Below, one piece after another: positions 62,660 through 64,000 of a DNA stretch of 64,000 nt (its first letter is position 1; each line of letters opens with the position of its first letter). The DNA comes from Podarcis gaigeae (lineage: Eukaryota). A program made the position numbers and the translations under genes. The notes below the pieces were generated by a model that made no database searches, was not told where the DNA came from, and worked only from the letters and a program-made list of their open reading frames with translations. Location: NCBI GenBank assembly GCA_964106915.2, contig OZ066917.1, one strand, 5' to 3'.

Positions 62660-63680
62660 AGCAGGGATGTAGAATCTGTGACCCTCCATATGTTGCTGGA
62701 CTTCATCTCCCATCATCCTGGCTGGGGCTGGCTGGGGCTGTTGGGATTCCAATAACAACCTAGTGGCCACAGGTTCCCCATCCCTGCACCATACAGTAGG
62801 CTGCATTCCAGCCATGGTTTCTGTGCACACACCCAAACACCAAAGGTCAGAGGTTTCTATGCATACATGTCTCCTCCAGGAAAGCAAGGACAGGGAAAAG
62901 CACCCAAGGAGGCTGCAGAGTTAGGGCTGCTGAGGTGATGTGGCCTAGAAAGAGTCCTGAGGCCTCAGAACCATGCATGGCCCCTGGACTTACCTGTTAC
63001 CAAATGTAACAGTTTCCACGTGAGGGATTTAGGCATCTTTATTTTAAAAACTGAATTGAATCCTTAAACAGGTTTTGGTTTATTCTAAGAATATTCTTAG
63101 AAAGACTTAAACTGTAGTTCTAAACTTGTTCAGAAATGCCACATGGCACACTACTTCCATAAAATAGGCCGTTTCAAGTAGCAGGTGGAAGATGACATGT
63201 TGAAATATTCTCTCTCACGTAAAAACAAAATAAAACCCAAACATCTAAGCTTCTCTTAAGCGTACTAGTTTGTTCAGGGATTATTATTTTTTTTAATATA
63301 GGAGAGAATTCGAACACAGTGGCCACATTCAAACATCATATTAACTTGAGTTTAGTGGGATGAGAAGGAGCTGCCGACCGAGCCTTGTGTTTCCATACTT
63401 GTCAGTGTAACATGGCAACGAGAAGATGGAAAGCTATTGCTTGCTTTTGATTAGCCACAGTTTAATGTTTCATCCAAACCCTAAACTGAATCTGCTTACC
63501 CATTTGGTAAGGGTCTGAGAATTATATTTAGGAGAAAAGATAGCTCTCTTGAATTGGTGAACAGATCCACTGTCTTGTTTGTGAAGCAGCTCTTCTCTTG
63601 TGTTTGAAATACACTGTGAATTAGGTACTTTGTGTGTGTTTTCATCTACCTAGATTATCCTATTGTAGGTTTTCCATGTA

Positions 63681-63923
63681 CAGTGGTACCTCAGGTTACA
63701 TATGCTTGAGATTACAAACACTTCAGGTTACAGACTCCGCTAACCCAGAAATATTACCTCGGGTTAAGAACTTTGCTTCAGGATGAGAACAGAAATTGTG
63801 CTCCGGCGGCACGGCAGCAGCAGGAGGCCCCATTAGCTAAAGTGGTACCTCAGGTTTAAAAACAGTTTCAGGTTAAGAACAGACCTCTGGAACGAATTAA
63901 GTACTTAACCTGAGGTACCACTG
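63681..63923. mobile_element. Tc1/mariner-type MITE, family A
   Basis: TIRs and TA TSD. Confidence 0.9.
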
Positions 63924-64000
63924 TATTTTTTTTTTTTACAGCTGTTGGATATTTTTAGGTGTTTCTTGTTCACCCATAGTCTTCCTGTGATTGAGGGGAT

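Noticed and set aside
62390-62887. 165-aa ORF and its twin at 56693-56980
   Set aside because: Largely antisense reading of the CORE-type SINE and an adjacent MITE.

Overview
Eukaryotic, intron-rich DNA from a squamate, most likely a lacertid lizard (inferred from Sauria-SINE copies with (ACCTTT)n tails and CORE-type tRNA SINEs with (CTT)n tails). I assembled four spliced genes by hand from GT-AG boundaries with consistent phases. (1) CLDND1 (+, four coding exons, 255-2857, 247 aa). (2) An intact group X-like secreted phospholipase A2 (+, four coding exons, 15073-20208, 157 aa). It is basic and has a 17th, probably unpaired, C-terminal Cys. (3) An orphan type-I membrane protein with one germline-joined VJ-type Ig domain, NCR3/NKp30-like (-, 32153 to about 22063, about 231 aa). 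It has a Gly-rich uncharged TM and a CxxC tail, and lies tail-to-tail with the PLA2. (4) The 5' part of GRAMD1C/Aster-C (+, ATG 36853, GRAM-domain exons to 61575), with a candidate alternative N-terminal exon at 49108-49267. The rest is mostly transposon debris: Tc1/mariner MITEs, hAT and Harbinger-like MITEs (often nested), CR1/L2/RTE-X/Penelope fragments, SINEs, and a solo LTR with duplicated octamer motifs in PLA2 intron 1. The best candidate for an undescribed system is the PLA2G10-like plus VJ-Ig receptor pair between CLDND1 and GRAMD1C, which are not neighbours in human. No searches were run; orthology calls rest on recalled protein motifs.
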